Shown: in pieces, positions 28,473 to 39,224 of the stretch
Layout of the letters: each line of letters starts with the position of its first letter
How positions within the stretch are numbered: position 1 is the stretch's first letter
Assembly (NCBI GenBank): GCA_021324855.1
Contig: JAJPIG010000011.1
Location: forward strand, 130,877-194,876
Length of the DNA stretch: 64,000 nucleotides
Direction: 5' to 3'
From: Pseudomonadota bacterium
GTDB taxonomy: Bacteria > Desulfobacterota > Binatia > Binatales > Binataceae
Notes under the pieces: model-generated
What the model was told of the DNA's origin: nothing
The model's input: the letters and a program-made list of their open reading frames with translations, nothing else
Database searches by the model: none
Program-made: the position numbers and the translations under genes

Positions 28473-29612
28473 TTAGGTCCTGCGCATCAGGCACTTCTCG
28501 TCGAGTTCCGCAATGCGTGCGCATCCGATTTGCGCCATCACGCGGTGGATCTCGTCTGTGAGAATCTTGAGCGCGCGGCGCACGCCAGTCATCCCGCCCG
28601 CCGCCGCACCATAGAGCGTGGCCCGGCCGACGAACACGAATTGCGCGCCGAGGCACAGCGCAGTCACGATGTCGCCGCCGCGTCGCACGCCCCCGTCGAA
28701 CATCAGCGCGGCCCGACCCGCCACTCGCTCGCGAATCGCCACCAGCGCATCGAGCGATGCTGGCGCCTGATCGAGCTGGCGCCCGCCGTGATTCGATACC
28801 CAAACTCCGTCGACGCCCGCTTCGATCGCGCGCGCTGCGTCGTCAGGGTGCATGACCCCCTTCAGGATCAGGTGACGCGGCCAGAGCCGCCGGAAATTTT
28901 CGAGGTCGCGCCAGGTGACGGTCGCGGGCGTCTGCGCGGCGAACAACCGGTTCGGATCGCCACCGTTCGTCACGTATGGCGTCCAGTTCTCGAAATGGGG
29001 CTGTCCGTGGCGGAGATATTCGGCGATCCATCCGGGATGCGTCAGCGCCTCGGCCACCACGCCCGGCGTGAGCCGCGGCGGCAGCGCGAAGCCATTGCGA
29101 AGGTTCCGTTCGCGCTTGGCATTAACGGGGATATCGACCGTGAGCACGAGCGCGGCGAGGCCCGCGTCGCGCGCCCGCCGAATCATGTCCTCGCTGATCT
29201 TCGGGTCGCGCGCGCAATAGAGTTGATACCACGCGTGCGCCGGCGCGATGCGCGCCGCGGCCTCAATCGAAGCGGTCGCCGCGCCCGACATCACGAATGG
29301 GATGTTGGTGTCGGCGGCCGCTTCCGCAAGCATCAGATCGGCGCCGGCGCGGAACAGACCCGCGAGCCCGGTCGGCGCGATGCCGAACGGGCGCGAATAA
29401 GTACGTTCGAAGAGCGTCGTCGATTGATCGATCTGCGAGACGTCGACCAGGTAGCGCGGCAAAAGAGGATGACGTGCGAAGGCCGACTCGTTACGCGCGA
29501 GGCATCGCTCATCCTCGACGCCGCCCTCGATGTAGTCAAACGCGATGCGCGGTAATCGCCGCCGCGCCATCCGGCGCAGGTCTTCGATATTGATCGCGTT
29601 CTCGATTTTCAT
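28473..29612 (-). CDS. FMN-dependent alpha-hydroxy acid dehydrogenase/oxidase (LldD/MdlB family)
   Basis: APTG, LTVD, LKG, SNHGGRQLD and DGGVRRG motifs. Confidence 0.94.
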   Translation of the reverse strand: MKIENAINIEDLRRMARRRLPRIAFDYIEGGVEDERCLARNESAFARHPLLPRYLVDVSQIDQSTTLFERTYSRPFGIAPTGLAGLFRAGADLMLAEAAADTNIPFVMSGAATASIEAAARIAPAHAWYQLYCARDPKISEDMIRRARDAGLAALVLTVDIPVNAKRERNLRNGFALPPRLTPGVVAEALTHPGWIAEYLRHGQPHFENWTPYVTNGGDPNRLFAAQTPATVTWRDLENFRRLWPRHLILKGVMHPDDAARAIEAGVDGVWVSNHGGRQLDQAPASLDALVAIRERVAGRAALMFDGGVRRGGDIVTALCLGAQFVFVGRATLYGAAAGGMTGVRRALKILTDEIHRVMAQIGCARIAELDEKCLMRRT

Positions 29613-29783
29613 CCGCTCGGCCGCCGAAGCATCTTATATCGCAGCGACGCGGACGACGGATACCTGGGTGCCTTCCCGGGACTACCTAATAGTCGCTCGC
29701 TCTCGCCGCGAACGTACTGCGAGCGTTTGGCGCGATGGTCAGAATGAAGGAATCGGCGACCCGATCAGAAAATCCGCTTCTGG

Positions 29784-30908
29784 TTATACAATCCGCTTCT
29801 GGCCGTGCTTGAAGCCGCCCTGCTCGCCGATCGCTGGCTCACGGCTGCGCTCCTCCCGTCCCCGTTCGCGATCACGGCCGCGTTCGCGAGAACCGCTTTC
29901 ACGGGGTAGGGGCGCTCCGCCGCCGACCGGACTGATCTCGATCGATCGCAGGTAACCCTCGCCCTGTGAGCGCGTGGTTATGAGCGGATCATCCCTCAGG
30001 GCCAAATGCACGATGCGCCGGTCGCGTGGCGGCATCGGATCGAGCTTGACGGTCGCGTGCTCGCGCTTGGCCTGCTCGCCCTTCGACAGCGCCATCCGAT
30101 GAATCTGATTGCGGCGGCGGGCTCGATACGATTCGGTATCGAGCACGATCGTCGCTGCTTCCCTGACGCGGCGTGCAAGGATGCGATTTACGATGTATTC
30201 GAGCGCATCGAGGGTCTGGCCGTGGCGTCCAATAAGGATTCCGGAGCCGTCGCCCTTGATTTGCAGTTCGATGCACTCGGGATCGTGCTCGCCCTCGGTG
30301 ATCTCACCTTTCTCGCCCATCAGGTCGAGGATACTGCGCAGGATGTCTGTCGCTTCGCGGGTCTGCTCGGCGCGATCCTCGATGCGGCGCATGTCCGGCC
30401 CCTGGTTTTCGGCCTCGGCCGCATCGTTTCCAGTTGCGGCGGCGCGGGGCTGAGGCGGTTCGCCACGCGGGGCGTGCCCCTCGCGCGGCGGACGATCTTC
30501 GCGGCGCGGTCGATCATCCCGCGACGGCCGTTCGCCGCGTGAGCGCTGTCGCTCTTCGCGCTGCGGCCGCGATCGTTGCGGCTCGGGACGATCTTCGGCG
30601 ACCGGGGCCGGCGGTGACGTCGCTGTCTGCTCTTCGCGCCGACGCATCGGCGCGTGGCGCATCGGCTCGGTCCGCGAGGGCGGTGGAGCGGGTGGCGGCG
30701 AAGTGACCGTGCTGCTCGCGGCCTCGGCCGGACGGCGCGTGACTCGCACGCGCGCCTGGCGCGCGCCGAGTCCCAGCACGCCCGAGCGCGGCGTGCTCAG
30801 CACCTCGATAATCACGTCATCTTCATGGGCGCCGAGTTCTTCGAGCGCCTGCCGGATCGCAGCCTCGACGGTAGCAGCGGTCTGTTCGGTCGAAATCCTG
30901 GTGCTCAT
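29784..30908 (-). CDS. jag: RNA-binding protein Jag/KhpB
   Basis: Jag_N domain, KH (ILIGRHGQTLDALEY), R3H (RRIVH); follows yidC. Confidence 0.95.
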   Translation of the reverse strand: MSTRISTEQTAATVEAAIRQALEELGAHEDDVIIEVLSTPRSGVLGLGARQARVRVTRRPAEAASSTVTSPPPAPPPSRTEPMRHAPMRRREEQTATSPPAPVAEDRPEPQRSRPQREERQRSRGERPSRDDRPRREDRPPREGHAPRGEPPQPRAAATGNDAAEAENQGPDMRRIEDRAEQTREATDILRSILDLMGEKGEITEGEHDPECIELQIKGDGSGILIGRHGQTLDALEYIVNRILARRVREAATIVLDTESYRARRRNQIHRMALSKGEQAKREHATVKLDPMPPRDRRIVHLALRDDPLITTRSQGEGYLRSIEISPVGGGAPLPRESGSRERGRDRERGREERSREPAIGEQGGFKHGQKRIV

Positions 30909-32563
30909 GCGGTTGCTGGTGGAGTCTGTCGAAATTCGTAGTTAAGGAACACTTGCTGGAGAATGCCCAGCACGTTCGATGACAGATAATAGAGCGTCAG
31001 GCCGGCGGGCAGGCTAATGAAGATAAGGCTGAAGATCACCGGCATGTACATCATCATCTTTTGCTGATTCGGATCCGGCTGCTTGGGCGAGAGCCACTGC
31101 TGCAGCAACGATGTCGCGGCCAGCAGGATGACCAGCACGGGGATGCCGTGCAGGTTGGTCATCGGTATCGCGGGCATTCCAGGTATCGTCAGGCAGTCGG
31201 GCGCCGACAGGTCGTGAATCCAGCCGATGAACGGCGCCTGGCGGAGTTCAAACGCGTTCAAAAACGCCTCATACAGGCCGTACAGGATCGGAAGCTGAAT
31301 CGCCATCGGCAGGCATCCGCCGAGCGGGTTGACATGATTGCGCTTGTAAAGATCGACCATCTCGCGGTTCAGCCGCTCCTGGTCATTTTTGAACTTTTCA
31401 CGGATGCGCTCGACCTGCGGCTGGAGCCGCTGCATCCGCATCATTGAGCGCTGCCCCTTGATCGACATCGGCAGCGTCGCGAGCCGCACCACAATTGTCA
31501 GCAGGATGATAGCAACCCCGTAGTTCGGCAAAAAGTGGTAGAAAAGCTGGAGCGCCCGCAGCAACGGCAGCGCGATCACGCCGAGGAGGCCGAAATCGAT
31601 CGCCTTTGAAAGCGCGGGATTCACGCCCTCCAGGATGTTGAGCTGTTTTGGCCCAAAGTAGGCGTCGGTCCTGAGATGCGTCGCATGGTCGAACAGCAGG
31701 CGGGCGTGGGCTTGGTCCGCGCTGTAGGTCATCACCAACGTGCCCGCGCGCGGGTCGATCGGAAGATACGCCGATAGGAAGTACCGATCGCCGAAGCCGG
31801 CGTAGGTGATAACGCCGCTCGCGGTCGCGCTCGCCTTTTCCAGTTGCTTTTCGCTCTCGGTCAGCGCCTTGCCCTGGACGTCGGCCTGAAGCTCCGGGAT
31901 GTCGCGATAACCGCTACCGCGTGTCGCCAGCGACTGGCTCATGCTGAACCCGGATTGCGACACGCCGCCCGCTGCGCCGTCGAGGGTGACATCGAGATTG
32001 AAGACATAGCTGTCACCGAACGTAACGCGCTTCGTTACTTCGAGGCCGTCACGAGTCTTTGCGGTGAGCACCAGCGTTACCGGCTCAACGCCATTGGCTT
32101 TGATTTCCGATGGCGCGTCGGCCGTATAGATCAGTCCCGAATCGGTAAGCGTCGTTCCGCCACGATTCACGACCAGTCCGAGGGGCAGCCGCGCTCCCGG
32201 CCCGTCGCGGACCATCTGATACCATGGACTCCCGGGTGTGGCGGTCTCGCGATACTGCTTGAGCCGCAGACTTTTGAGGCGCCCGCCCTGCGTTGTTACG
32301 ATCGCATCGTAGAGCCGGCTCTCGATTTCGATATCGCGCGCCGTCGCCGGGGTCGCATTCACCAGCGAGTTCGCGATGAGCTGCGGAATCGACGCGGTCG
32401 CTGGGGCGCTCGCGCTCCCTTGAGCCGTCGCGGCGCTGGGAGAGGCGCTGCTTTCGGTCTGTTGATTCGGATGCGGCGGATAGAGCCGCTTAAGCACCAG
32501 CTCCTGGTAGGCGAAGATCAGCACCACCGAGAGCATCACAACGATCAATAGCCGGGTATCCAA
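30905..32563 (-). CDS. yidC: Membrane protein insertase YidC
   Basis: GPK, NYGVAIILLTIVVR, NPLGGCLP, PAGLTLYY. Confidence 0.97.
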   Translation of the reverse strand: MDTRLLIVVMLSVVLIFAYQELVLKRLYPPHPNQQTESSASPSAATAQGSASAPATASIPQLIANSLVNATPATARDIEIESRLYDAIVTTQGGRLKSLRLKQYRETATPGSPWYQMVRDGPGARLPLGLVVNRGGTTLTDSGLIYTADAPSEIKANGVEPVTLVLTAKTRDGLEVTKRVTFGDSYVFNLDVTLDGAAGGVSQSGFSMSQSLATRGSGYRDIPELQADVQGKALTESEKQLEKASATASGVITYAGFGDRYFLSAYLPIDPRAGTLVMTYSADQAHARLLFDHATHLRTDAYFGPKQLNILEGVNPALSKAIDFGLLGVIALPLLRALQLFYHFLPNYGVAIILLTIVVRLATLPMSIKGQRSMMRMQRLQPQVERIREKFKNDQERLNREMVDLYKRNHVNPLGGCLPMAIQLPILYGLYEAFLNAFELRQAPFIGWIHDLSAPDCLTIPGMPAIPMTNLHGIPVLVILLAATSLLQQWLSPKQPDPNQQKMMMYMPVIFSLIFISLPAGLTLYYLSSNVLGILQQVFLNYEFRQTPPATA

Positions 32564-32580
32564 TTAGTTCTTATTTCTCC

Positions 32581-32841
32581 TCATGCGCTCGCAATGCGGT
32601 CCCGCGCAGGCACCGGATCTTCGCCCCACCCGCCCCACGGACGGCATCGCAGCAGTCGACGCATCGCAAGCCATCCGCCGCGGCCGAGTCCGTATTCCGC
32701 GATCGCCTCGCGGGCGTAGACCGAACAGCTCGGATGGAACCGGCAGGCATCGCCCAGCACGGCCGCAATCAACGGCGACACGATCGCCCGATAAACATCC
32801 AGTATTGCAATCGCGAGAGCGGTGGAAAATCGCGGCTTCAC
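32581..32841 (-). CDS. yidD: Membrane protein insertion efficiency factor YidD
   Basis: CRFHPSCSVYA...RLLRCRPWGGWGEDPVP. Confidence 0.95.
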   Translation of the reverse strand: MKPRFSTALAIAILDVYRAIVSPLIAAVLGDACRFHPSCSVYAREAIAEYGLGRGGWLAMRRLLRCRPWGGWGEDPVPARDRIASA

Positions 32842-33197
32842 AGTCGTTGACCGATCGAGGAGATCGCGGCAGCGAGCTCACGCACCATTGTAGCAGAATC
32901 GATCGCGCCGGCGCCGGGCTTCGCGATCACGATCATTCCGCTTTGTGCCGGCATCATCGCGCGCAGCGTGCGTCGAAAGCATTCACGGACGCGGCGCTTG
33001 ATTCGATTCCGCACCACTGCGCTGCCGATCCGCCGCGAGACCGTGATCCCCAGGCGCGTGCACGTCGGTTCGCTGATGCGCATCGCGTACACCACGAAAT
33101 GCGGGCTCTGCGCGCGGATTCCATGACGCTGCAGCGTAAGAAATTCTGCACGGCGGCGGATACGATCCTCAGGGCGGAAGCTCTCGGCCGCGGGCAG
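32838..33197 (-). CDS. rnpA: Ribonuclease P protein component (start either CTG 33197 or TTG 33374)
   Basis: RLGITVSRRIGSAVVRNRIKRRVRE motif; lies between rpmH and yidD. Confidence 0.93.
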   Translation of the reverse strand: MPAAESFRPEDRIRRRAEFLTLQRHGIRAQSPHFVVYAMRISEPTCTRLGITVSRRIGSAVVRNRIKRRVRECFRRTLRAMMPAQSGMIVIAKPGAGAIDSATMVRELAAAISSIGQRL

Positions 33198-33202
33198 AGA
33201 GG

Positions 33203-33361
33203 TTAGCCGGGTTGCTTGGGCGGAATCGTGATGGCCAGTCGTTTGCGGCCTTTGGCGCGGCGGCGTTTGAGCACCGCGCGTCCGCCGGGCGTCGCCATGC
33301 GGGCGCGAAAGCCGTGGGTCCGTTTGCGTCGGCGATTGTGTGGTTGATAGGTCCTTTTCAT
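33203..33361 (-). CDS. rpmH: 50S ribosomal protein L34
   Basis: Manual translation [52 protein letters not shown] (absent from ORF track). Confidence 0.98.
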   Translation of the reverse strand: MKRTYQPHNRRRKRTHGFRARMATPGGRAVLKRRRAKGRKRLAITIPPKQPG

Positions 33362-33498
33362 CGCTGAGGGCCAATTTTTCTCATTTTGCCGGCCGCTCTG
33401 GCCGGTCCTGGGTTTGGTCCTGAAAATGCCGGAATGTAGCGGCGAGTCAGCTTCCCAATCGAACCATACCGCGACACTCCGGGCAAGCGGGTTTGTGA

Positions 33499-34476
33499 TT
33501 AGCTAAGCACCTGGTTCACGACCAATTCGAACTGCTTGAACGGCTCCATCTCGCCGATCACCAGCTCGATATGGTCCATCCCGGCCGCCTCCAGCGCGGC
33601 CAGCTTTTCGCGGCACATCTCGGGCGGTCCGTAAACGGACCATCGATTGAGCGTGCCATCTGAGACCGGGTCGCCATTGAAGTACAGGCTCATCGCACTC
33701 CGGATGCGCTCGAAGCAGACCTTGGGATCGGGTCCCACATTAATCCAGATGTCAGTCGCCGCGGTGAGCGCTTCGGGCTTGCGGCCGTGGCTTGCAACCG
33801 CCTTGCGCAGCACGGCGAGCGATCGACGAAGCTCGTCGGGCGTGGCCATGATCGTGAGCCAGCCGTCGGCAAGGCGCGCTACGCGATCGAGCGGTCCCGG
33901 CAGATACTTCTGACCCTCATCCGGAATGTTACCCGATTGCGCCGAGAACTCGTCTGAGCCTGGCTGGTAGATACCGGCCGCGATCCAGATCGGCGGGAGC
34001 TTCTGTATCGGGCGTACCGGTTGATTGATTCGCGGGTGCGTCCCTGACCAAATCGCCCGCAATTCGCCAACGCATCGCTCGAGAACCTTACCCCGTTCGC
34101 CGGGTGTAATCCCGACCTCGCGGCATTCCGCGCCGACACCGTGCGGCGTACCCCCGCCGATTCCCAATGCGAGAACGGTCCGCCCTTCGCTCGCGATATC
34201 AAGCGTTGCCCACGACAATGCGAGCATCGCCGGATGGCGAAAGTGCGGCTGGATGATAGCAGCGCCAAGCTTTACCCGGCGCGTCCGCGCCGCAACCGCG
34301 CCAAGCGTCGCGATCGGTTCGAAGCGTGGACTGTCGAACAGACTGTCGCCGACCATCACCGCGTTGAACGGCGAGTCGTCGGCCATCTCCGCCAGCCGGA
34401 GCATCCCCTTAAAGCCGTACGAAGGAACAGCGAAGGCGAGTCGGTTGTTCAGTTGAACTGAGTAAGAGGTTTTCAT
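33499..34476 (-). CDS. LLM class flavin-dependent oxidoreductase
   Basis: [40 protein letters not shown]. Confidence 0.9.
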   Translation of the reverse strand: MKTSYSVQLNNRLAFAVPSYGFKGMLRLAEMADDSPFNAVMVGDSLFDSPRFEPIATLGAVAARTRRVKLGAAIIQPHFRHPAMLALSWATLDIASEGRTVLALGIGGGTPHGVGAECREVGITPGERGKVLERCVGELRAIWSGTHPRINQPVRPIQKLPPIWIAAGIYQPGSDEFSAQSGNIPDEGQKYLPGPLDRVARLADGWLTIMATPDELRRSLAVLRKAVASHGRKPEALTAATDIWINVGPDPKVCFERIRSAMSLYFNGDPVSDGTLNRWSVYGPPEMCREKLAALEAAGMDHIELVIGEMEPFKQFELVVNQVLS

Positions 34477-34579
34477 CTGCACATCCTGAAGATGGTTTCC
34501 GAGTTCGACGCGCAAACTAGCTTGCCATTGCTAGACGGTCAAACTAGCGTCTTACGATAGCTCTTCGCAGGCCGCTCAG

Positions 34580-35971
34580 ATGTATGTCGAAGACACAATT
34601 GTCGCGCCGGCGACCGCTCCCGGACGCGGCGCAGTCGCGATTGTGCGTCTATCGGGCCCTGATGCACATCGCATCGCGCTGGAAATCTGGTCGCCATCCA
34701 AACCGTTGCGGCCTGCGAGGCAACCGCCGCATCGGCGACTGACGCTCGGCGAGATTCGCGATCCGACGCGCGGTATGGTGATTGATCGCGCGATGGCGGT
34801 GTTCTTCGAGGCGCCACAGACACTTACCGGCGAGTCCGTTGCAGAATTGCACTGCCATGGCGGGCCTTACCTCGTGCGGCGCGTGCTCGGCCTCGCAATC
34901 GCCGCCGGCGCGCGCTACGCGGAGCCCGGTGAATTCACACGGCGTGCGTTTCTGAACGGCCGCATTGATCTGACCGCCGCCGAGGCGATCCGGGACCTGG
35001 TCGAGGCCCGTGGCGAGCGCGCGTTGAGCCTTGCGATCGCGCAGCTTGGCGGCGCGCTTGCGGCGCGCGTCGACCGGATGCGGAAGCAGACTGTCTCGAT
35101 CCTGGCGCATCTTGAGGCCGCGATCGATTTCGCCGATGAAGACCTCGATTTGCCTCAGCCGCAGCAGATTGCGGCCTCGATCGAGGCGCTTGCCAGTGAC
35201 GTTGCAGAGCTGCACGCAAGTTTCGAGCGCGGTCGAATTCGGCGCGAAGGAATCCGCGCCGCGATCGTCGGACGACCCAACGTCGGCAAGTCGAGCATCC
35301 TGAATCTGATGCTGGGTGCGGAACGGGCGATCGTCACACCGATTCCCGGCACCACTCGCGATGTGATCGAGGACACCATCGAGCTCGACGGCTATGCGGT
35401 TATCCTCCAAGATACAGCGGGTGTCCGTGAGTCCGGAGACGACGTGGAACGGATCGGCATCGAGCGCGCGCTCGAACGGGCGCGCGACGCCGATCTGCTG
35501 ATCGCGGTCTTCGATGCTGCAAGTGCCCTTGTCGATGAGGATTTCCGCGTCATCGCGCTGACTGAGAGGCGTCCGTCGATCGCGCTGCTCAACAAGAGCG
35601 ACCTGCCGGCAAAAATCAACGAACGCGATTTGCGGGCGCGCGGACTGCGCGCGCCGGTGATCGATTTTTCAGCGACCGAGGCCATCGGCGTGAATGCGCT
35701 GCGAACTGCACTGCTTGCGCAAATCGAAGCGACGTCCGGAGGGGATGGCGCCGGCGATGTTGCAATCTCGCGCGTACGGCATCGAGAGGCTTTGGGACGG
35801 GCGCTCGAGGCGCTCCGGCGCGCGCAGGAAGGAGTACTTTCCCGGATACCGCCGGAGATCGTTGCGGTCGAGATGACCGCGGTTGCTGACGCGTTGGGCG
35901 CAATCACGGGCGCGATCGGAGTCGAAGACGTGCTCGACGTGATCTTTCGCGAGTTCTGTATCGGGAAATAA
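34580..35971 (+). CDS. mnmE: tRNA modification GTPase MnmE
   Basis: GRPNVGKSS, GTTRD, DTAG, NKSD and terminal FCIGK. Confidence 0.97.
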   Translation: MYVEDTIVAPATAPGRGAVAIVRLSGPDAHRIALEIWSPSKPLRPARQPPHRRLTLGEIRDPTRGMVIDRAMAVFFEAPQTLTGESVAELHCHGGPYLVRRVLGLAIAAGARYAEPGEFTRRAFLNGRIDLTAAEAIRDLVEARGERALSLAIAQLGGALAARVDRMRKQTVSILAHLEAAIDFADEDLDLPQPQQIAASIEALASDVAELHASFERGRIRREGIRAAIVGRPNVGKSSILNLMLGAERAIVTPIPGTTRDVIEDTIELDGYAVILQDTAGVRESGDDVERIGIERALERARDADLLIAVFDAASALVDEDFRVIALTERRPSIALLNKSDLPAKINERDLRARGLRAPVIDFSATEAIGVNALRTALLAQIEATSGGDGAGDVAISRVRHREALGRALEALRRAQEGVLSRIPPEIVAVEMTAVADALGAITGAIGVEDVLDVIFREFCIGK

Positions 35972-35987
35972 CGCTGCTGCGCTCGCG

Positions 35988-36280
35988 TTGGCGAATTCCC
36001 AATTTTCTGATTCATACGCGGCGCATCGTTGCTCAGTTGCAACAGACGCCGGGAGTGGTTGGCTTCGCGTTGTTCGCGCGCCCGCTGCGCGCGCATTTTC
36101 TGGACCCTTTCAGTGTGGGAAAACGACGGCGCGCTACGAACGTTCGTCAGGGCCGGCGCTGATGCAGACACGACGCGCGCGGTCGCGCCGCATATGGGAC
36201 CAACGCGATTCATCCGCTGGATGCTGCGCGGCAACAATTAGATCCCTTCTTCGTGGGACGATGCCTTCGCCCGGGAATCC
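35988..36280 (+). pseudogene. DUF3291/dimeric alpha-beta barrel-like gene remnant
   Basis: QLQQTPGVVGFALFARPLRAH|frameshift at TTTT|FWTLSVWENDGALRTFV...PHMGPTRFIRW...*IPSSWDDA. Confidence 0.55.
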
Positions 36281-36491
36281 AAGGCGGAGTGATGTCCTGG
36301 CTATCCGTGGTTCGTCATCCTACAATTCGTAGTCTAATTCTACGTATAGCTAGGTCTGGGAGACGCAGCTTTCCATCCCCCTGACCGGCACAAGAGTGCG
36401 GCAAGTCGACCATCACCTCGTCGCCGCCTAACCTGCGCAAAGCTTTTGCGAGCGGGGTTGCGATCGGCGATAATCAGCAACTCGAATTCCT

Positions 36492-38363
36492 ATGCGCTAC
36501 GACGTGATAGTGGTCGGCGCCGGCCACGCCGGCATCGAGGCAGCGCTCGCAGCGGCCCGGATGGGTGCAGCGACGCTGATGCTCACGCTCAACCTCGATC
36601 ATATCGGCCAGATGTCGTGCAATCCGGCGATCGGTGGAATCGGAAAAGGCCACCTGGTGCGGGAAATTGACGCGCTCGGCGGCGAAATGGGTCTCGCTAT
36701 CGACGAGACCGGAATTCAGTTCCGCTTTTTGAATACGCGCAAGGGACCGGCCGTGCGCGCCCGCCGTGCGCAGGCCGACAAGGCTGCCTATCGGTCGCGG
36801 ATGAAGCGCGTGCTCGAGCGTACGTCCAACCTTAGCATCCGGCAGGCCTCGGTCGAGCGGCTGATCGTGGAGGACGGCGCGGTGCGTGGCGTCGAATCGC
36901 AAATCGGTGAAGTTTTTCAAGCGCCGGCAGTGATCCTGACCACCGGTACGTTCTTAAAAGGTCTCGTACATGTCGGATTGAAAAATTATCCGGCCGGGCG
37001 GGCCGGCGATTTCGCCGCGATGGGGCTAAGCGCACATCTGGCGGAGCTCGGCTTTCGTATCGGGCGGCTCAAGACCGGGACCTGTCCCCGCCTCGATGCG
37101 CGGACGATTGATTACTCCGAGCTCGAACTCCAACCTGGTGACGATCCGCCACCTCCGTTTTCGTTTCGGACCAGAGAGATTGATTGTGCGCAGCTTCCGT
37201 GTCATCTGACGTATACCAACGCTCGCACGCATGAGATCATCCGTGGCGGGATCGATCGTTCGCCGATGTACTCGGGCGTGATCACCAGTCGCGGCCCGCG
37301 CTACTGCCCGTCGATCGAAGACAAGGTGATGCGCTTTCGCGACAAGGAAAGGCATCAGATTTTCCTTGAGCCTGAAGGGCGCGACACGGTCGAGGTTTAT
37401 CCCAACGGCTTGTCGACCAGCCTGCCCCTCGATGTGCAGATCGCGATGGTTCGCTCGATAAAAGGGCTTGAAAAGGCCGAGATAATGCGACCCGGCTACG
37501 CGATCGAATATGATTTTTCCGATCCACGCCAGCTTCGGCCGTCGCTCGAGACGCAGCTCGTCTCCGGCCTGTTCTTCGCTGGTCAGATCAACGGCACCAC
37601 TGGCTACGAGGAGGCCGGCGCACAGGGGCTGATGGCCGGAATCAACGCGACCTTGAAGCTTCGTGGCGAAACTCCACTCGTGCTCCGCCGCGACCAGGGG
37701 TACATCGGGGTGATGATCGACGATCTGGTGACGCGCGGGATCGGCGGTGAGCCGTATCGCATGTTCACCTCGCGCGCCGAGTATCGCCTGACGTTGCGCG
37801 AGGACAATGCCGACCGGCGGCTTTCGCCGATCGGTGAACGGCTGGGCCTGCTAGATTCGGAAGCGAGCGCGCGAGTAGCAGAGAAGACGGCCGCCGTCAC
37901 AGAAGAAATAGAACGACTTTCTGAAATTATTATCGATGCAAATAATGAGGTAAATCAGGAGCTTACGACGCTCGGCACGTCGCCGATCACGCAGTCCGTT
38001 CGTGCGATAGAATTGCTGCGGCGACCTGAGGTTTCGTATGCCGCGCTGATGCGAATGGCGAATCGAGCGTCGACGCTCGAGGTCGATCAGGCGGCAGAGC
38101 TTGAGGTTGAAATCAAGTACGATGGCTACGTGCGCCGGCAGTTGGAGTCGATCGAGCGGTTTCGAAGACTCGAAAATACCGTGATTCCAGAATGGTTCGA
38201 CTACGGGCGGGTGCTCGGGCTTTCAACCGAGGTCCGGGAACGGCTCAACGCAACCAGACCCGGGTCGCTCGGTCAGGCCGCTCGGATGCCGGGAATCACG
38301 CCAGCGGCGCTTTCAATTCTAGCGGTACATCTGAGGAGTGGCGATGGTGGCAGAGCGGCATAG
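36492..38363 (+). CDS. mnmG: tRNA uridine 5-carboxymethylaminomethyl modification enzyme MnmG
   Basis: GAGHAG, MSCNPAIGG, RYCPSIEDK, GQINGTTGYEEA, YRMFTSRAEYRL. Confidence 0.98.
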   Translation: MRYDVIVVGAGHAGIEAALAAARMGAATLMLTLNLDHIGQMSCNPAIGGIGKGHLVREIDALGGEMGLAIDETGIQFRFLNTRKGPAVRARRAQADKAAYRSRMKRVLERTSNLSIRQASVERLIVEDGAVRGVESQIGEVFQAPAVILTTGTFLKGLVHVGLKNYPAGRAGDFAAMGLSAHLAELGFRIGRLKTGTCPRLDARTIDYSELELQPGDDPPPPFSFRTREIDCAQLPCHLTYTNARTHEIIRGGIDRSPMYSGVITSRGPRYCPSIEDKVMRFRDKERHQIFLEPEGRDTVEVYPNGLSTSLPLDVQIAMVRSIKGLEKAEIMRPGYAIEYDFSDPRQLRPSLETQLVSGLFFAGQINGTTGYEEAGAQGLMAGINATLKLRGETPLVLRRDQGYIGVMIDDLVTRGIGGEPYRMFTSRAEYRLTLREDNADRRLSPIGERLGLLDSEASARVAEKTAAVTEEIERLSEIIIDANNEVNQELTTLGTSPITQSVRAIELLRRPEVSYAALMRMANRASTLEVDQAAELEVEIKYDGYVRRQLESIERFRRLENTVIPEWFDYGRVLGLSTEVRERLNATRPGSLGQAARMPGITPAALSILAVHLRSGDGGRAA

Positions 38364-39117
38364 TGTTGTTTCACGTGAAACGCGGCGCGTCCCGGTCCAA
38401 CATTCATCTGCGGTCACGCGTCGTCCGTCCGATCCAGAGTCGATAGGCGCTGAGGTCAGCCGAATCGTTCAGGATGAAGCGCGGGCACTCGGGCTGGATC
38501 TTACACCAGCATTCTTCTCGCGGGTCCGAAGCTTCGCGATGTTCCTCGCGATCTGGGGCGAGAAGATGAGCCTCACCTCGCGCCCTCATGACGTCGATGA
38601 TCTCGCGTTCCATGTGATTGACAGCCTCATGCCCGTCGCGCTCGCCGCATCGGGGAAGCTCCCGAACCTCGGCCGCGCTCTACAGCCGGGGATGGAGGTG
38701 CTCGACTTGGGGAGCGGCGCGGGCTTTCCCGGCCTTGTGCTGGCGTCAGCTTCGCGGGCACACTTCACACTATGCGAGGCGCGGCGCAAGCGGACGACCT
38801 TCCTTACCGTCACGGCCGAGGAACTCGGGCTATTCGATCTCACGGTCAAAGGCGATCGCATCACGCCGTCGACCTTCAGTTCCGCGTTCGACTTGGTAAT
38901 GACCCGCGCGCTCGATGGCGTCAACAATTTTCACACAATCGCGAAAGCAGCCCTCAAGCGCGGCGGCCTCGCAATGCTCTACGCGAGTCCGCGCCAGGCC
39001 GCCGATCTGACGGCACGTCGGATTGTGGGGTTCGAACTCGCCGCAAGCGCGCCATACGAGGTCGCTCGCCGCGGTGAGACCGTCCCGCGCGCCATCGTGA
39101 TGTGGCGCAAGGCCTGA
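38338..39117 (+). CDS. rsmG: 16S rRNA m7G527 methyltransferase RsmG (start uncertain)
   Basis: HVIDSL, LDLGSGAGFPG and TRA motifs; between mnmG and parA. Confidence 0.92.
   Translation: MAMVAERHSVVSRETRRVPVQHSSAVTRRPSDPESIGAEVSRIVQDEARALGLDLTPAFFSRVRSFAMFLAIWGEKMSLTSRPHDVDDLAFHVIDSLMPVALAASGKLPNLGRALQPGMEVLDLGSGAGFPGLVLASASRAHFTLCEARRKRTTFLTVTAEELGLFDLTVKGDRITPSTFSSAFDLVMTRALDGVNNFHTIAKAALKRGGLAMLYASPRQAADLTARRIVGFELAASAPYEVARRGETVPRAIVMWRKA
38367..38382. promoter_or_regulatory. parS centromere-like site 1
   Basis: TGTTTCACGTGAAACG, 15/16 match to TGTTTCACGTGAAACA. Confidence 0.93.
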
Positions 39118-39224
39118 TCGCTTTTTCGGAATTCTCGCCTGTGTAAAAACCGCGGCTTCGTCGATGGCCGCGGTTTGCTTTCGTCCCCGAGAATTGATTC
39201 TATAATCCAGCATTGTTGATTGAT

